Assembly (NCBI GenBank): GCA_963842945.1
Contig: CAWJIM010000019.1
Location: 416,001-480,000 of the forward strand
Origin: an uncultured Gemmatimonadales bacterium
Lineage (GTDB): Bacteria; Gemmatimonadota; Gemmatimonadetes; Gemmatimonadales; GWC2-71-9
DNA: 64,000 nt
Reading direction: 5' to 3'
Shown here: positions 18,639 to 30,175 of the stretch, piece by piece
Position numbering within the stretch: the stretch's first letter is position 1
How the letters are laid out: the number at the start of each line of letters is the position of its first letter
Translations under genes and position numbers: made by a program
The notes under the pieces: generated by a model
The model's database searches: none
What the model saw: only the letters and a program-made list of their open reading frames with translations
What the model was told of the DNA's origin: nothing

Positions 18639-20082
18639 CTAACGCCCCGCCATGGCTCCGACTTTGCCCTTCGGCGTGATGTTCCGGTTGGTGCGGAACA
18701 CGTTCTCCGGGTCCCACCGAGCCTTCACCTCGGCCAGCCGGCTGGAGACTCTTGCCCAGCGCCGCCTCGATCCGGTCCGGTCCCTCGTCCTGAGTCAGGA
18801 AGTTGATGTAGGTCCCGCCGGTCGAGAACGACTTCATGTCGTTCCACGCGGTGCGAGCCCAATCGATGTTCGCCTGATCCTCACTCGGCTCCACCCACGA
18901 GCCGGTGATGTTGACGACGTATCGGGCGTCCCGGTTGCCCACCGGTGAGTGCTCCTGGTCCAGCCGGTTGAGCGCGCCTGCCATATGGAACAGGATCACC
19001 GCCGAGTGGGGTGAGCGGATCCGGGCCGCGTGCTCCACGACTTTCTCGCAGAGCGCAGGCTCGATCCGGGGGAGATACTCGCTCTTCCAGTAGTAGCGCC
19101 GGCCCTTGGGCTGGGTCGCGTCGAGGAGCGACTGCATCTGAGCGTAGGGCCGCCGCACCAGCATGTCGCCCGCCGGCTTCCCGAACGACTTGATTGGGGC
19201 CACTACCTTCTCTCCCTCCTCGGCATTGCCGGTGTAGCACGCCGAGATGGCGATGATGGGCTTGCGGTGGATCTCGGGGGGAAGCCAGGGCGCGGGCGGG
19301 GCCAGTCGCATCAGCGCTACGAGGGTCAACTCGGGCGGCGCCTGCTCGGTCAGCGTGCGGTACAGCTCCAGTACGCTGGGCGCGTCGCTTGCCGGCCAGG
19401 CGACCAGGCCACCCACGATCTCCGGTCCCACCGGGTACAGCCGGTAGTCGATGCCGGTCACCACCCCGAAGTTCCCGCCACCGCCTCGGAGACCCCAGAA
19501 GAGATCGGGATTCTCCTCGCTGCTGGCGCGCACCAGCCGTCCGTCGGCGGTGACCAGGTCCATGCCGAGCACGGTGTCGCAGGTCCAGCCGTAGCGGCGG
19601 GTCAGGTATCCGAAGCCCCCGCCCAGCGTCAGCCCCGCGATGCCGGTCTGGGAGATGAATCCCATGACCGCGGCGAGTCCGTGCAGCTGGGTCTCGCGAT
19701 CCACGTCACCCAGGAGGCAGCCACCCTGCGCGTGGGCGATCTGTTCCTGGGGCTCGACCCACACGCCCCGCATGAGCGAGAGGTCCAGCATCAGGGCGCC
19801 GTCGGCCGTGGCCAGGCCGGCGATGTTGTGGCCACCGCCCTTGATGCAGAGCAGGAGCTGGTGCTCCCGGGCGAACTGGACGCACGCGGCCACGTCGGCC
19901 GTGCCGAGACAGCGGGCGACCAGCGCAGGATTGCGGTCGATCATCGCATTCCAGACCGTGCGGGAGTCGTCATAGCCGGGGTCGCCGGGCAGAAGCAGCG
20001 GTCCCTGGAGCCGCGCCTTGAGGGCGTCAATTGTGGTCTGATTCAGCTCGATCTCTCGATTGTCGGTGGTAACGGCCTTCAC
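18639..20082 (-). CDS. FAD-binding oxidoreductase (berberine-bridge/6-hydroxy-D-nicotine oxidase-like), frameshift near 18745
   Basis: KGGGHN, TGIAGLTLGGGFG, DLFWGLRGGGGNFGVVT, YINF; C-terminal KARWDPENVFR in the shifted frame; GTG 20082 with SD AAGGAG. Confidence 0.9.
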
Positions 20083-20319
20083 TGGCGATTCTCCTTTCAG
20101 CGCCGGTATCGGCTGAGTGCGGATGCGAGATCTATCAGGTGTGCCCCTGTTCTGCAGGTTTGTCAAGCATGGGCGTGCTGGGTTCTGGGTCACATCATCA
20201 GAGAGAGTGAAGCCCTAGGTTTGCGCCTCGTTTGTGGTGCCTACCGATCAAGGTCTCGGTGCTGCTCCCGAGGCCTTTTCTGTTCTAGCGTACGCCATTT
20301 AAGAGAAAGAGCCATTCTT

Positions 20320-21264
20320 GTGATTACCCGCTTTGATAAGCTCCAGACGGAGCTTCCCCATCCGAAGAATCCTTCTCCCAACTCGGCCGCGGCAGTTCAG
20401 GAGCTCCTGGGCGGCAAGTTCGGTGAGATGTCTACCTTCATGAACTACACGTTCCAGTCGTTCAATTTCCGGGGTCGCAACGAAATGCGCCCGTTCTACG
20501 ACCTCATCGCCAACATCGCTGCGGAGGAGTTTGGCCACATCGAGCTGGTGTCCTACGCAATCAACCTGTTGCTGACCGGGACGACCGAGCGGGGCGACGA
20601 CCCCAGCGCGACTCCACTCGAGTCGGCGGCCGATGCCCGGAACACCTACCACTTCCTGGCGAGTGGACAGCAGGCGTTGCCGATGGACTCCCAGGGGAAC
20701 TTCTGGACCGGCGCCAACGTGTTCTCCAGCGGGAATCTGAAGCTGGACCTGCTGCACAACTTCTTTCTCGAGTGCGGGGCCCGGGCCGGCAAGATCCGGG
20801 TCTACGAGACGGTGGACGATCCCACCGCTCGCGCCTGCGTCGGGTTCCTCCTGGTCCGGGGCGGGGTGCACATCGTGGCCTACGCCAAGGCACTGGAGAA
20901 GCTCACCGGGGTGGATGTGGGCAAGCTGCTTCCCATCCCCGACATCAGCAACAAGCGTTTCCCCGAGGCGGCCAAGCACGAGGCTCGCGGCCTGCACCGC
21001 ATTCTCTACCAGTTCAGCCCGCAGGACTATCCTCGGGCCAGCGAGATCTGGAACGGCGCTCATCCCGAGGACGGGAGTGAGTTGAAGGTTCAAGTCGGGG
21101 CGCCGGAGGGATTCAATCCCCCAGAACTGGAAGCCGAGCCCCAGCTCACCGCTCCAGTGGGCCCGGACATCGATCCTGAAATGTTTAAGGATGTGGCCGA
21201 GCGAATCTTTCCTGAGTTGAGCCCGCGGAAGCGGACGCGGCGGGAAAAGGTACCCTCCCGCTAG
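20320..21264 (+). CDS. Manganese catalase family protein
   Basis: QELLGGKFGEMST, IAAEEFGHIELV, LVRGGVHIVAYAKALE. Confidence 0.9.
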   Translation: MITRFDKLQTELPHPKNPSPNSAAAVQELLGGKFGEMSTFMNYTFQSFNFRGRNEMRPFYDLIANIAAEEFGHIELVSYAINLLLTGTTERGDDPSATPLESAADARNTYHFLASGQQALPMDSQGNFWTGANVFSSGNLKLDLLHNFFLECGARAGKIRVYETVDDPTARACVGFLLVRGGVHIVAYAKALEKLTGVDVGKLLPIPDISNKRFPEAAKHEARGLHRILYQFSPQDYPRASEIWNGAHPEDGSELKVQVGAPEGFNPPELEAEPQLTAPVGPDIDPEMFKDVAERIFPELSPRKRTRREKVPSR

Positions 21265-21446
21265 GCTGGACATTCCAACCATCGGGGGCGGGCATCGGCC
21301 CGCTCCCGGCAGGTTGCCCCGTTGGCCGACCTACTCCAACCTGTAGACCTCGGCAGCACTGATGGCGCAGATTCCACCCTGGCATTCCATTCGCCAACGC
21401 GATGGGAACGTCTTCCATGACGAGACCGGGTGCTACTGAGGCGGGA

Positions 21447-23745
21447 TCAGGCCAAGTTCATTTCTCGAAGCAGCGCATTAAACCGGGGGTGCCCCCGCAG
21501 TGAGGTGAAGAGGAACGATCCTTTCACCCCGAAGATCGCCGCCGGCCCGCTCCCGGTAGGCCCGCTCCAGCCAGTCCATCGCCCGCTCTTTGTCTCCCAG
21601 CCCGGTATGGACATACGCCATATGATAGGGCGAGACGTACCGTTGGCTCGAAAGCTCTTCCAGCCGCCGCAGCACGGCTCGGCCCTCATCGGTCCGCCCC
21701 ACCATCCCATATGCCTGCCCCACCTGCGCGAGGTACAGGGTGTTCTCCGGCGACAGGGCGAGTGCCTTTCTCCAGACGTGGCTACCCCCTGATCGGTCTT
21801 ACCGGTCAGCAGCTACACCCAGCCGAGCGTCGAGGTGCGCCAGCGGCAGATGGGGCTCAACCTCCAGGACGCGGGTCACGCCTCGCAAGGCTTCCTCGTA
21901 GCGGCCGGCGCGCAGGTAGGTGGTCACCAGATCCATACGGTGGGCCAGCGGATCGAGCTCGTGGGCCCGCCGCTGCATCTCGAGCGCCTCGTCGTAGCGC
22001 TCGAGCGACGGACAGCATGAGCCCGTAGATGTCGTAGGCTTCGCCGCTGTTCGGGATTCAACTCGATCGCCCGCTTGAGCTCCTGCTCCGCCCCGATCCA
22101 GTCGTAATCGCAGGCGTACTTGAGGTGTCCCAAGGATGGCATGGGCCTCGGCAAGGTTAGGGTCCAGCTCGAGCGCCCGCGCGACCGCCGGCTTTGGCCC
22201 GCCGGAACGCCTCCTCCGAGGGGAGTGAACCCATGCCACCCCGATGGCCATGTCGATGTAGGCCTTGGCCATGGTGGCGTGGGCCAGAGCGTAGTCCGGG
22301 TCCCGGGCAAGCGCCTCCTCGAGATATTTCAGTCGCCTGGTCCATGCCCTGCCTGAGTCCAGCGGAGGACGCAGTGCCGGCCCTGGAGGAAAGAGCTGAT
22401 AGGCCTCGACGTCGTCGGGTGGGCTTCTTCCGGATCCGACGCCGCTCCTCGGGTGAGAGCTTTGCCTCCAGCGCCGCCGCGATCTGGAGCGCGACATCGG
22501 TCTGAATGGCGAAGATGTCGGTCAGCTCGCGGTCGTAGGTCTCGGCCCAGAGATGCCGGTCCGTTTCCGCATCGATCAGGGTGCGCAACGATCCGAACCC
22601 GGCTCCCGGCCCGCCGCACGCTTCCATCGAGCAGCGCTGGCACGTTCAGGGTAGGCCGCGATCTCTCGCAGGCTCTGCTCCCGTTTCTTGAACGGCATCA
22701 CCGAAGCCCGCGAGATCACCTTGAGCGAGCGGATCCGGGACAGGTGGGCGATCACGTCCTCGGTGATCCCATCGGCAAAGAACTCGTTCTCGGGGTCGGC
22801 GCTCATATTGAGGAAGGGGAGCACCGCGACCGAGGGCGACCGATCGGTCCGATCGGCGCTGGCCGGGGCGGCGAGGGCCTCGGCGAATGCAGCGGCAGTC
22901 TGGTAAAACGGTGGGCCGGATCGACTGCCAGGGCCCGCGCGATGGCCTGCTCCACGCCGGTCGAGACCGTCGGACGGCAGGCGGCGTACCCGAGGCGGCT
23001 GGCTCGGTGAACCGCTTGGCCATGACCGCCATGGCGGAGGCACCCTGGTGCGGCGGCTCGCCAGCGAGCAGCTCGTAGAGCACGCATCCGAGACTGTAAA
23101 CGTCACTCCGGCCGTCGAGAGCCCGCTCGCCGGCGGCTTGTTCCGGACTCATGTACTCGGCGGTACCGAGCGTCATGCCGGTACCGGTGAGTCTCGACTC
23201 CCCGCTCACTCCGTCCCCTGCTGCCTCCGCTGCCCAGCTGACCCGCTGTCAGCAGCAGCAATCCCGAAGTCGGTCACCATCGCGTCACCTTCATGAAGGA
23301 GGATGTTCTCGGGCTTGATGTCACGGTGGATCAGGCCGTGGCCATGGGCGTGTTCCAGGGCGGACGGCGACCTGGCGCACGAGACTGATCGCCTCGTCGA
23401 TCGGGAGCTGTCTTTCCCGGGAGAGCTTGTGTCGCAGGGACTCACCGCGCGACGTAGGGCATCGAACATAGAAGAGGAGTCCGTCCACCTCGCCAGAGTC
23501 GTGTCAAGCGGCAGGATATGGGGATGAGTAGAGCCCGGCGGCGATGCGGATCTCGCGGGTGAATCGTTCGGGGCCGAGCAACGAGGCCGAGCTCGGGCCG
23601 GAGCACTTTGATCGCCACCTTGCGGCGGTGCTTCAGGTCGTGGGCCAGGTACACGGTAGACATGCCCACCGCGGCCGAGCTCGCGCTCGACGGTATAGCG
23701 GCCGGTGAGGCCGGCTCCGAGTTGGCCCAGCTGAGCTGACGTCAT
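21447..23745 (-). pseudogene. Ser/Thr protein kinase - TolB-like - TPR protein, heavily frameshifted (pseudogene or locally poor consensus)
   Basis: Fragments [69 protein letters not shown] repeats and LRGHPRF scattered across frames. Confidence 0.75.
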
Positions 23746-23822
23746 CCGGGCAGAGGTAGCTGCATAGATCTCAATTGTGCGCCGGTGCGGGTTTGGAGGG
23801 CAACCTTCGGTCATCATGGAGG

Positions 23823-24112
23823 CCTAGCGCAATCGGCTGATGGTGGGTGCGGCTGGGATTCCCCGCATGTTTCGAGCACACGAAACAACAACGGCGGATT
23901 CCATGACCGACAACAGAACTTCACTCGCAATTCTCTCCGACCAGCTGGCGGACGCCGCGGCGAGCGCCGGCGAGTCCATCGTTGCAGTGCACGCGCGCCC
24001 TCGATTGCCCTCCACCGGCATTCACTGCGCAGGACGGCGTGGCGGTCGACCACCGACGGCACCGTCCGCCGCGACAGCGACATCACCGTCACCCTTCCTG
24101 ATCGACGAAAGC
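23823..24112 (+). repeat. Direct repeat copy A of 25104-25389 (upstream region plus truncated 5' end of the S1C protease gene)
   Basis: About 290 bp collinear with 25104-25389; differences are mostly at synonymous third codon positions. Confidence 0.9.
23903..24112 (+). pseudogene. Truncated 5' fragment of an S1C protease-like gene
   Basis: MTDNRTSLAILSDQLADAAASAGESIVAVHARPRLPSTGIH identical to the 25182 protein, then frameshifted and truncated. Confidence 0.8.
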
Positions 24113-24455
24113 AGGAGTTGAGCCGGCTGCCGCACCTTCTTCCACTCTGAGCGTCGGGACTTAAGCAGTCCGCCTGGCGCATCGATCCTGCCGGTAGCAC
24201 ATTCGGAATACTTCCCCAAGGACGGTTCACATCTCTGATGCGCCGGCCGCGCCGGCCAGCGCCCTTCACGACCGGTACGTACTCGAGCGTGAGCTGGGTC
24301 AGGGCGGGATGGCCACGGTCGCTTCCTGCGTGAGATCCAGATCGCCGCACGCCTGCAGCACCCCCAAATAGACAGTGTTTCCGCCAGAAGTTGGCTTGAC
24401 TCTGTCTTGACCCGCGGGCCGAAGGTTAGGTCTGACTCACCACCAGGAGCGCCCT

Positions 24456-25082
24456 ATGCATCCCCTTTCGAAGTATTCAGTGGCGACCCGCCTCACAGTA
24501 GTCGCTGTCGGTCTGGCCGGAATGCTCGCCTGTGGATCGGACGAGTCCACAACCGCACCGGAGAACTCAGCCGCCGACGTACAGAGCAGCAGTGCTCGCG
24601 TCACCGTATCCCTCGCGCCGAGGATCGACGGCTCAGTGGAAGACGGCAACCTCGCCATAGACAACTCGGTGGTCCAGACGCTCCATGTTCCCTCCTTTGA
24701 AGACCGGGGAATCATCGAGTTCGACCTGCGGCAGTTCTCCGGACCGGTGTACCGGGCCACGCTCCGGCTCACCGTCTATGCCAGCAACGGGCCGTATCCG
24801 TTCCGAGTCGACCTGTATGGGTATCGGGGAAATGGAAAGCTCGAGGCCAACGACTGGGATAGGGGTACGTTGATTACGTCGTTCCCATACGCGGGCGAAG
24901 CTAAGGTCGTTCTGGACGTCACAGCGAAGGTCCAGGCGATCAAAGCTGCCGGCGCCAACTACGCCGGCTTCAACTTCCGGACCGAGCCTTCTGATATCGA
25001 TCTCAATGGCCCGTTCGTGGCATTCCACTCCAACGAGTATCCGCCGCGAGCGGTGCTGAATATCCGGACGAACGCACCCTGA
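24456..25082 (+). CDS. Hypothetical lipoprotein (beta-sandwich, possibly carbohydrate-binding)
   Basis: SD AGGAG, lipobox MLAC, DRGIIEFDL...ATLRLTV...VLDVT pattern. Confidence 0.7.
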   Translation: MHPLSKYSVATRLTVVAVGLAGMLACGSDESTTAPENSAADVQSSSARVTVSLAPRIDGSVEDGNLAIDNSVVQTLHVPSFEDRGIIEFDLRQFSGPVYRATLRLTVYASNGPYPFRVDLYGYRGNGKLEANDWDRGTLITSFPYAGEAKVVLDVTAKVQAIKAAGANYAGFNFRTEPSDIDLNGPFVAFHSNEYPPRAVLNIRTNAP

Positions 25083-25181
25083 ATCGCCTGTTGCGCACAC
25101 CGACCTAGCCAATCGGCGGATGGTGGGTGCACCTGGGATCCCTGCATGTTTCGAGCTTACGAAACAACAACGGCGGATTCC

Positions 25182-26109
25182 ATGACCGACAACAGAACTT
25201 CACTCGCAATTCTCTCCGATCAGCTGGCGGACGCCGCGGCGAGCGCCGGCGAGTCCATCGTCGCGGTTCACGCGCGGCCCCGATTGCCCTCCACCGGGAT
25301 CCACTGGCAGGACGGCGTCGTGGTCACCACCGACGGCACCGTCCGCCGCGACAGCGACATCACCGTCACCCTCCCTGATGGACGAAAGCTGCCGGCGACT
25401 CTGGCCGGGCGCGACCGGCGCACCGACCTCGCCGTGCTCAGGGTTGCCGCCGGCTCCCTGCCGACTGCTCGCCTGGGCGACCCGGCGTCACTCAAGCCCG
25501 GCCATCTGGTGCTGGCGCTGGCGCGACTGGGCGAAGGCGGCCCTCGAGTTTCCTTTGGCGCAGTCAGCGCTATCGGCGGACGCTGGCGCTGCTGGAAGGG
25601 CGGCGAGCTCGACCGGCTGCTGCAGTCGAATCTCACGCTCTATCCCGGCTTCGGCGGTGGCCCGCTGGTGGACGCGACGGGGCAGATTCATGGCATCAAT
25701 TCAGGCGGCTTGAGCCGGGCGTTCGCCACCACCATTCCGGTGGAGACGGTGAACCGGACCGTGCGGCAGCTGCTCGAGCGCGGCTACGTTGCTCGGGGCT
25801 GGCTCGGCGCCGCGATGCAGCCGGTGCGCTTCAACCCGGCGGCCCAGCGGCGGCTCGGGTCTCGAGAGCGACAGCGGTCTGGTGATCCTGTCGGTCGAGC
25901 CCGACGGGCCCGCGGCGTCCGCCGGACTTCTGGTGGGCGATGTGATCGTGAAGCTGGGCGGACGGCCGATCGAGGACGTCGAAGACCTGGTCGATGCGCT
26001 CGGCGCCGCCGATGTGGTGGGACGGACATTCAAGCTCGACCTGGTGCGCGGCGGCGAGCTAACTCAGGCCGACGTGCTGATCGGGGAGCGGCCGCGGCGG
26101 AGCGCGTGA
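25182..26109 (+). CDS. S1C/trypsin-like protein with PDZ domain, catalytic His and Ser apparently absent; frameshift near 25860
   Basis: GRDRRTDLAVLRV, LYPGFGGGPLVD, RGWLG, PDZ SVEPDGPAASAGLLVGDVI. Confidence 0.85.
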
Positions 26110-26683
26110 TAACCAGCTTTCTCAATGGCCCAGCCGAGCGGCTCCGCTCCAGCGTGGCGCAGATCGTCACTGGAACCAACGGAACCGGCGGCATCGGTGC
26201 GGCCATCGCCTGGACCGATGGCGGGCTGTTCGTCACCAATGCGCACGTGATCCGCTCGCCCCGGATGACCTGGTTACGCCGGACGGCCGGCGGGTTCCAG
26301 GTGAGCTGGTCTGGCAGGAGCGGCGGCGCGATGTCGCCCTGGTGAGGGCGCCGGAGGCCGCGATGCCGCCGGTCCGGACCGCGGATCCTTCGGCCATGCG
26401 TCCGGGTTCATTGGTAATGGCGATCGGGCATCCATTCGGACTGGTGGACGCGGTCAGCACCGGAGTGCTGCAATCGGTAGGCGAGCTGCCGCTGGAGCTG
26501 GACTTCGAGGGCGGCAGGCTGCGCTGGGTTCAGGCCGACGTGCGGCTGGGTCCCGGCAATTCGGGTGGTCCGCTGGCCGACGCGGACGGACGGGTCATCG
26601 GGGTGGCGGCAATGATCGTGGCGGGGATGGCGCTGGCGGTGCCGGCCCCGGAGGTGGAGGCGCTCTTAGCGAGCAGCGGGTGA
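26106..26683 (+). CDS. Trypsin-like (S1C) serine protease without PDZ; frameshift near 26270
   Basis: GTGA overlap with upstream stop; VTNAHV, AIGHPFG, QADVRLGPGNSGGPL. Confidence 0.8.
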
Positions 26684-27055
26684 AGATTCGAGCGTTCGTG
26701 GCGGTGCGGGATCCGGCGGTCCGGCGCACTCTCGTCACCGCACTGAAAAGAGATCGCGACATCGTCCTGGTGCCGGTCCCGGAGGAAGCCGACGTGGTGG
26801 TGGACGAGGCGGCGGTTCGGGCCGGTGCCAGACTGGATGGTGCCGAGGAAGGGCGATGGAGCGCTGACCCGGCGGGAGCTGAGCGTGCTCCGGCTGGTGG
26901 CGCACGGTCTGGGCAACAAGGAGATCGCGAGCGAGCTCGGCATCTCCACGCACACGGTCAAGTATCATCTGGCGTCGCTGCTGGCCAAGCTGGGCGTGCA
27001 CTCGCGGACCGAGGCCGTCACCATCGGGCTGCGCAAAGGGCTGGTGCCGTTATAA
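26680..27055 (+). CDS. LuxR-family HTH transcriptional regulator with degenerate receiver-like N-terminus; frameshifted
   Basis: LTRRELSVLRLVAHGLGNKEIASELGISTHTVKYHLASLLAKLGVHSRTEAV. Confidence 0.85.
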
Positions 27056-27067
27056 AGGAGTCAAACT

Positions 27068-27388
27068 ATGGCTTTCTATCTCGTCTCCGCTCGTCCCGTC
27101 GCCCATCGCCTGGAGGAGCTGGAGGCTAAGCTGAACCAGTACGCGTTCCTGGACCTCCGGCCTTTCGGCCGCGCGCTCACCGCGTCGCTCGAGGGAGCCC
27201 GGCAGCTGCCGGACGGAACCGCGGTGTGGGAGGAGGAGGACTACTGCCGGCCACCCCTGGCGCAGGAACGGGCAGCGGTGCTGGACCGGTACTTCGAGGA
27301 GATCTCGGTGGAGCCGGTCGCGCAGGGTCGAGGTTGGGAAGGGATCGAGGAGCTGCCGCTGCTGTTTCCCGCGCTGGCCCGGTCTTAG
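27068..27388 (+). CDS. Conserved hypothetical protein
   Basis: SD AAGGAG; compact ORF with WEEEDYCRPPLAQERAAVLDRYF. Confidence 0.7.
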   Translation: MAFYLVSARPVAHRLEELEAKLNQYAFLDLRPFGRALTASLEGARQLPDGTAVWEEEDYCRPPLAQERAAVLDRYFEEISVEPVAQGRGWEGIEELPLLFPALARS

Positions 27389-27421
27389 GAGCACGAAGAC
27401 CCAAGAGAGGCTAGAACCAGA

Positions 27422-29318
27422 CTACCGATAACCCGCTGCTTGCAGCTGGAATAACTCTGAGTACAGGCCACCGAGGCTCAGCAATGCCTCGTGAGTTCCT
27501 TGTTCCACCAGCTCTCCTCCCTTGAGCACCAATATTCGGTCCGCCATTCTCACTGTGGAGAACCGGTGCGAGATGAGCACCGCCATCCTTCCTTTAGTAA
27601 GCTCCGAGAACCGGAGGAACACCTCGTACTCCGCCCGGGCATCCAGCGCCGCCGTCGGCTCGTCCAGGATCAAGAGCTGCGCGTCCCGCATATAAGCCCG
27701 GGCCAGGGCCACTTTCTGCCACTCACCGCCCGAGAGATCCACGCCGCCTTCGAACCGCTTACCCAGCATCTGCTCGAACCCGCCGGTGACCCGCTGGACC
27801 ACCGAATCCGCCAGGCTCCGCTCGGCCGCGCTCCTGATCGCCGGCTGGTCCTCGATTCGGCCGATGTTGCCTACCGCGATGTTTTCCTTCAATAGAAAGT
27901 CGTAGCGAACGAAGTCCTGGAAGATGACGCCGATGTTCCGCCGGAGACTGTCGAGGTCGTAGTCCCGGAGATCGACCCCGTCCAGCAGAATCCGGCCCTC
28001 GTCGGGGTCGTAGAGACGAGCCAGCAGCTTGACCAGCGTAGTCTTGCCCGCCCCGTTCTCCCCCACCAGCGCGATCCGCTCGCCCGGCGCCAGCGAGAAG
28101 TCGAGCCCCCGCACCGCCCACCGCTCCGATCCGGGATACCTGAAGCCCACACCTTCGAAGGCGAAGCCGGTCCGGATCGGGACCGGCACCGGCTTGGCGC
28201 CCGGCTTGAGCCTGATGCTGGGCTCGATCTCCAGAAAGCTGAACAGGTCTTCCAGGTAGAGGCTCTGCTCGAACACCTGGCCAGCGAGAGCAGCACCCGC
28301 TGGATGAGATCGCGGCTCTGGCGAAAGGAGCCCGGCCAGGAAGGTGAGCACTCCGATGGTGAAGACGCCGGCGCGCGATTCGTAACCCGTGACTGTCAGA
28401 TAGATGATGACGGCGTACGCGCCGTAGTAGCCCAGCGTCCCCACCGACGGCCAGCAGCGTGGAGATGAGGCTCCGCCGCACCGCCAGCGCCTTGTTGGCC
28501 TCGTAGAACTCCTGCGACAGCCGGTCGTACCGGCCCACCAGGAAATCGGAGAGCCCGAAGAGCTTGAGCTCCTTGGCCGAGATGTCGCTGGCGCCGATGT
28601 AGCGGAGGTAGTCGAGCGTGCGCCGCTCGGGAGTCCAGCTGTAGAGGAGCGAATAGCCGAGCGAGGCGAAGTGGGTCTCGCCCAGCAGCGAAGGCAGCAC
28701 CGCCACCACCAGCAGCACCAGAAGCCAGGGGACGTACACCGCGAGCGCGACGCTGAGCGAGACCAGGGTGATCAGGTCCTGCAGTGTCGCCAGCAGCATG
28801 GTGAAGAGCCCGATCCGCCCCACGGTCTGCCGCCGGGCCCGCTCCAGCTTATCGTAGATTTCGGCGTTCTCGAACTGCTCCAGGTCGAGCGTCGCCGCAT
28901 GCTGCATCAGCTGAACGCTGGTGCGATTGGCGAAGAGGTCGCCCAGGAGACTCTCCAGCAGCGCCGACATCCGGCTCAGCCCTTCGCCGACCAGGGCGAT
29001 CGCCAGCTCGATCCCGATCAGGAGGCCGAGCCGGGACCAGGGGATTGGCCCGCCGCTGTTGTGCAGGTTGATCGCGTGGACCACCCCGTCCACGATGAGC
29101 TTCCCGATCCAGAGCACCGCGAGCGGCACCGCCGAGCGGGCGACGCGGAGCAGAAGAATACCGACCACGTAGCGGGGCTCGGTCTCCCACACCATGCGAA
29201 GCAGCTTGGGCAGGTGCCTGAGGGCCTGGAACCGCTCCCGCCAGCCGACGTCGGGGGCGAGCGCGGGCCGGCCTCGGCCGTTTCCTCTTATAACGGGGTG
29301 TCGGAGAGGGAGGGACAT
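27422..29318 (-). CDS. ABC transporter ATP-binding/permease (exporter type), frameshifts at 28280-28450
   Basis: N-terminal TM domain; GENGAGKTT, LSGGEWQK, LILDEPT, ISHR. Confidence 0.92.
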
Positions 29319-29326
29319 GCTATAAA

Positions 29327-29386
29327 GGTAAGCGGTGAGCGGTGAGCGGTAAGGCGGTAAGGCGGTAAGGCGGCAAGGCGATGAGC
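29327..29386. repeat. Mixed heptamer/octamer tandem array (GCGGTGA, GGCGGTAA)
   Basis: ggtaagcggtgagcggtgagcggtaaggcggtaaggcggtaaggcggcaaggcgatgagc; same octamer as 32032-32144. Confidence 0.8.
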
Positions 29387-29449
29387 CTCTAGCCGAGCGC
29401 CGGTACCCGATTAGAATCTCGGCGACCCTCATACCATCCTGGAGACTCC

Positions 29450-30173
29450 ATGGCAGTGAGCGCAGCGGCGGTACGGACCGGAAGGCGGACTCGGCGCTTC
29501 TACGTCGGGATGGCGCTAGCCATGGCCATCACCGTATTCGCTGGATTCTCCCGCAGCTACTTCCTCAAGGGCTGGTACGGCACGCCGGAGCTGAGCCGCC
29601 TGCTCCACCTGCACGGGCTGGTGTTCACCACCTGGGTGCTGTTCTTCCTGTCCCAGACCGCTCTGGTCGCGAGCGGCAGGACCTACCTCCACCGGCGGAT
29701 GGGAATCGCCGGCGCGGTGCTGGCCGTGCTGGTGCTGATCGTGGGAACGACGGTCGCGATCATGCGGGTCAAGAGCGGGAGGGCGTCGCCCATTCCGGGC
29801 GTTTCCCCGCTCGCCTTCCTGGCGATCCCGCTCTTCGACATGGTGGTATTCGCGATTCTGGTGGGTACCGCGCTCTACTTCCGCCGCCGGCTCGAGGCGC
29901 ACAAGCGGCTGATGACGCTCTCGATGATCTCGCTCCTGGCTGCCCCGATCGCGCGGATCGAGCTTCCTGCCCCTGCCGCCCGGTCCGCCGACGTTCTTCG
30001 GCCTGGCCGACCTCTTCATCGGAGCGCTGCTGATCTACGACCTCGTCACCCGCCGGAAGATTCATCCCGCCACGATCTGGGGCGGGCTTCTCATCGTGGC
30101 CTCGCAGCCGCTCCGGCTGGTGATTGCGGGGACGCCGGCGTGGATGGCCTTTGCAGGGTGGATGACGCGGTAA
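29450..30173 (+). CDS. Conserved membrane protein (about 7 TM), frameshift near 29970
   Basis: SD GGAGA; FAGFSRSYF, LHLHG, HRRMG, HKRLM, RRKIHPATIWGG. Confidence 0.75.
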
Positions 30174-30175
30174 TA

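Noticed and set aside
19030..20319. 744-aa N-terminally extended Mn catalase fusion
   Set aside because: The extension is the antisense shadow of the FAD oxidoreductase; the catalase starts at GTG 20320
24113..24400. Possible gene remnant or integrase fragment inside the direct-repeat-bounded insert
   Set aside because: No recognisable motif in any frame
23823..25389. DGR template/variable repeat pair (prompted by the Avd-like gene at 32.2 kb)
   Set aside because: Differences are synonymous and not adenine-specific, the repeat covers a gene 5' end, and there is no reverse transcriptase in the window
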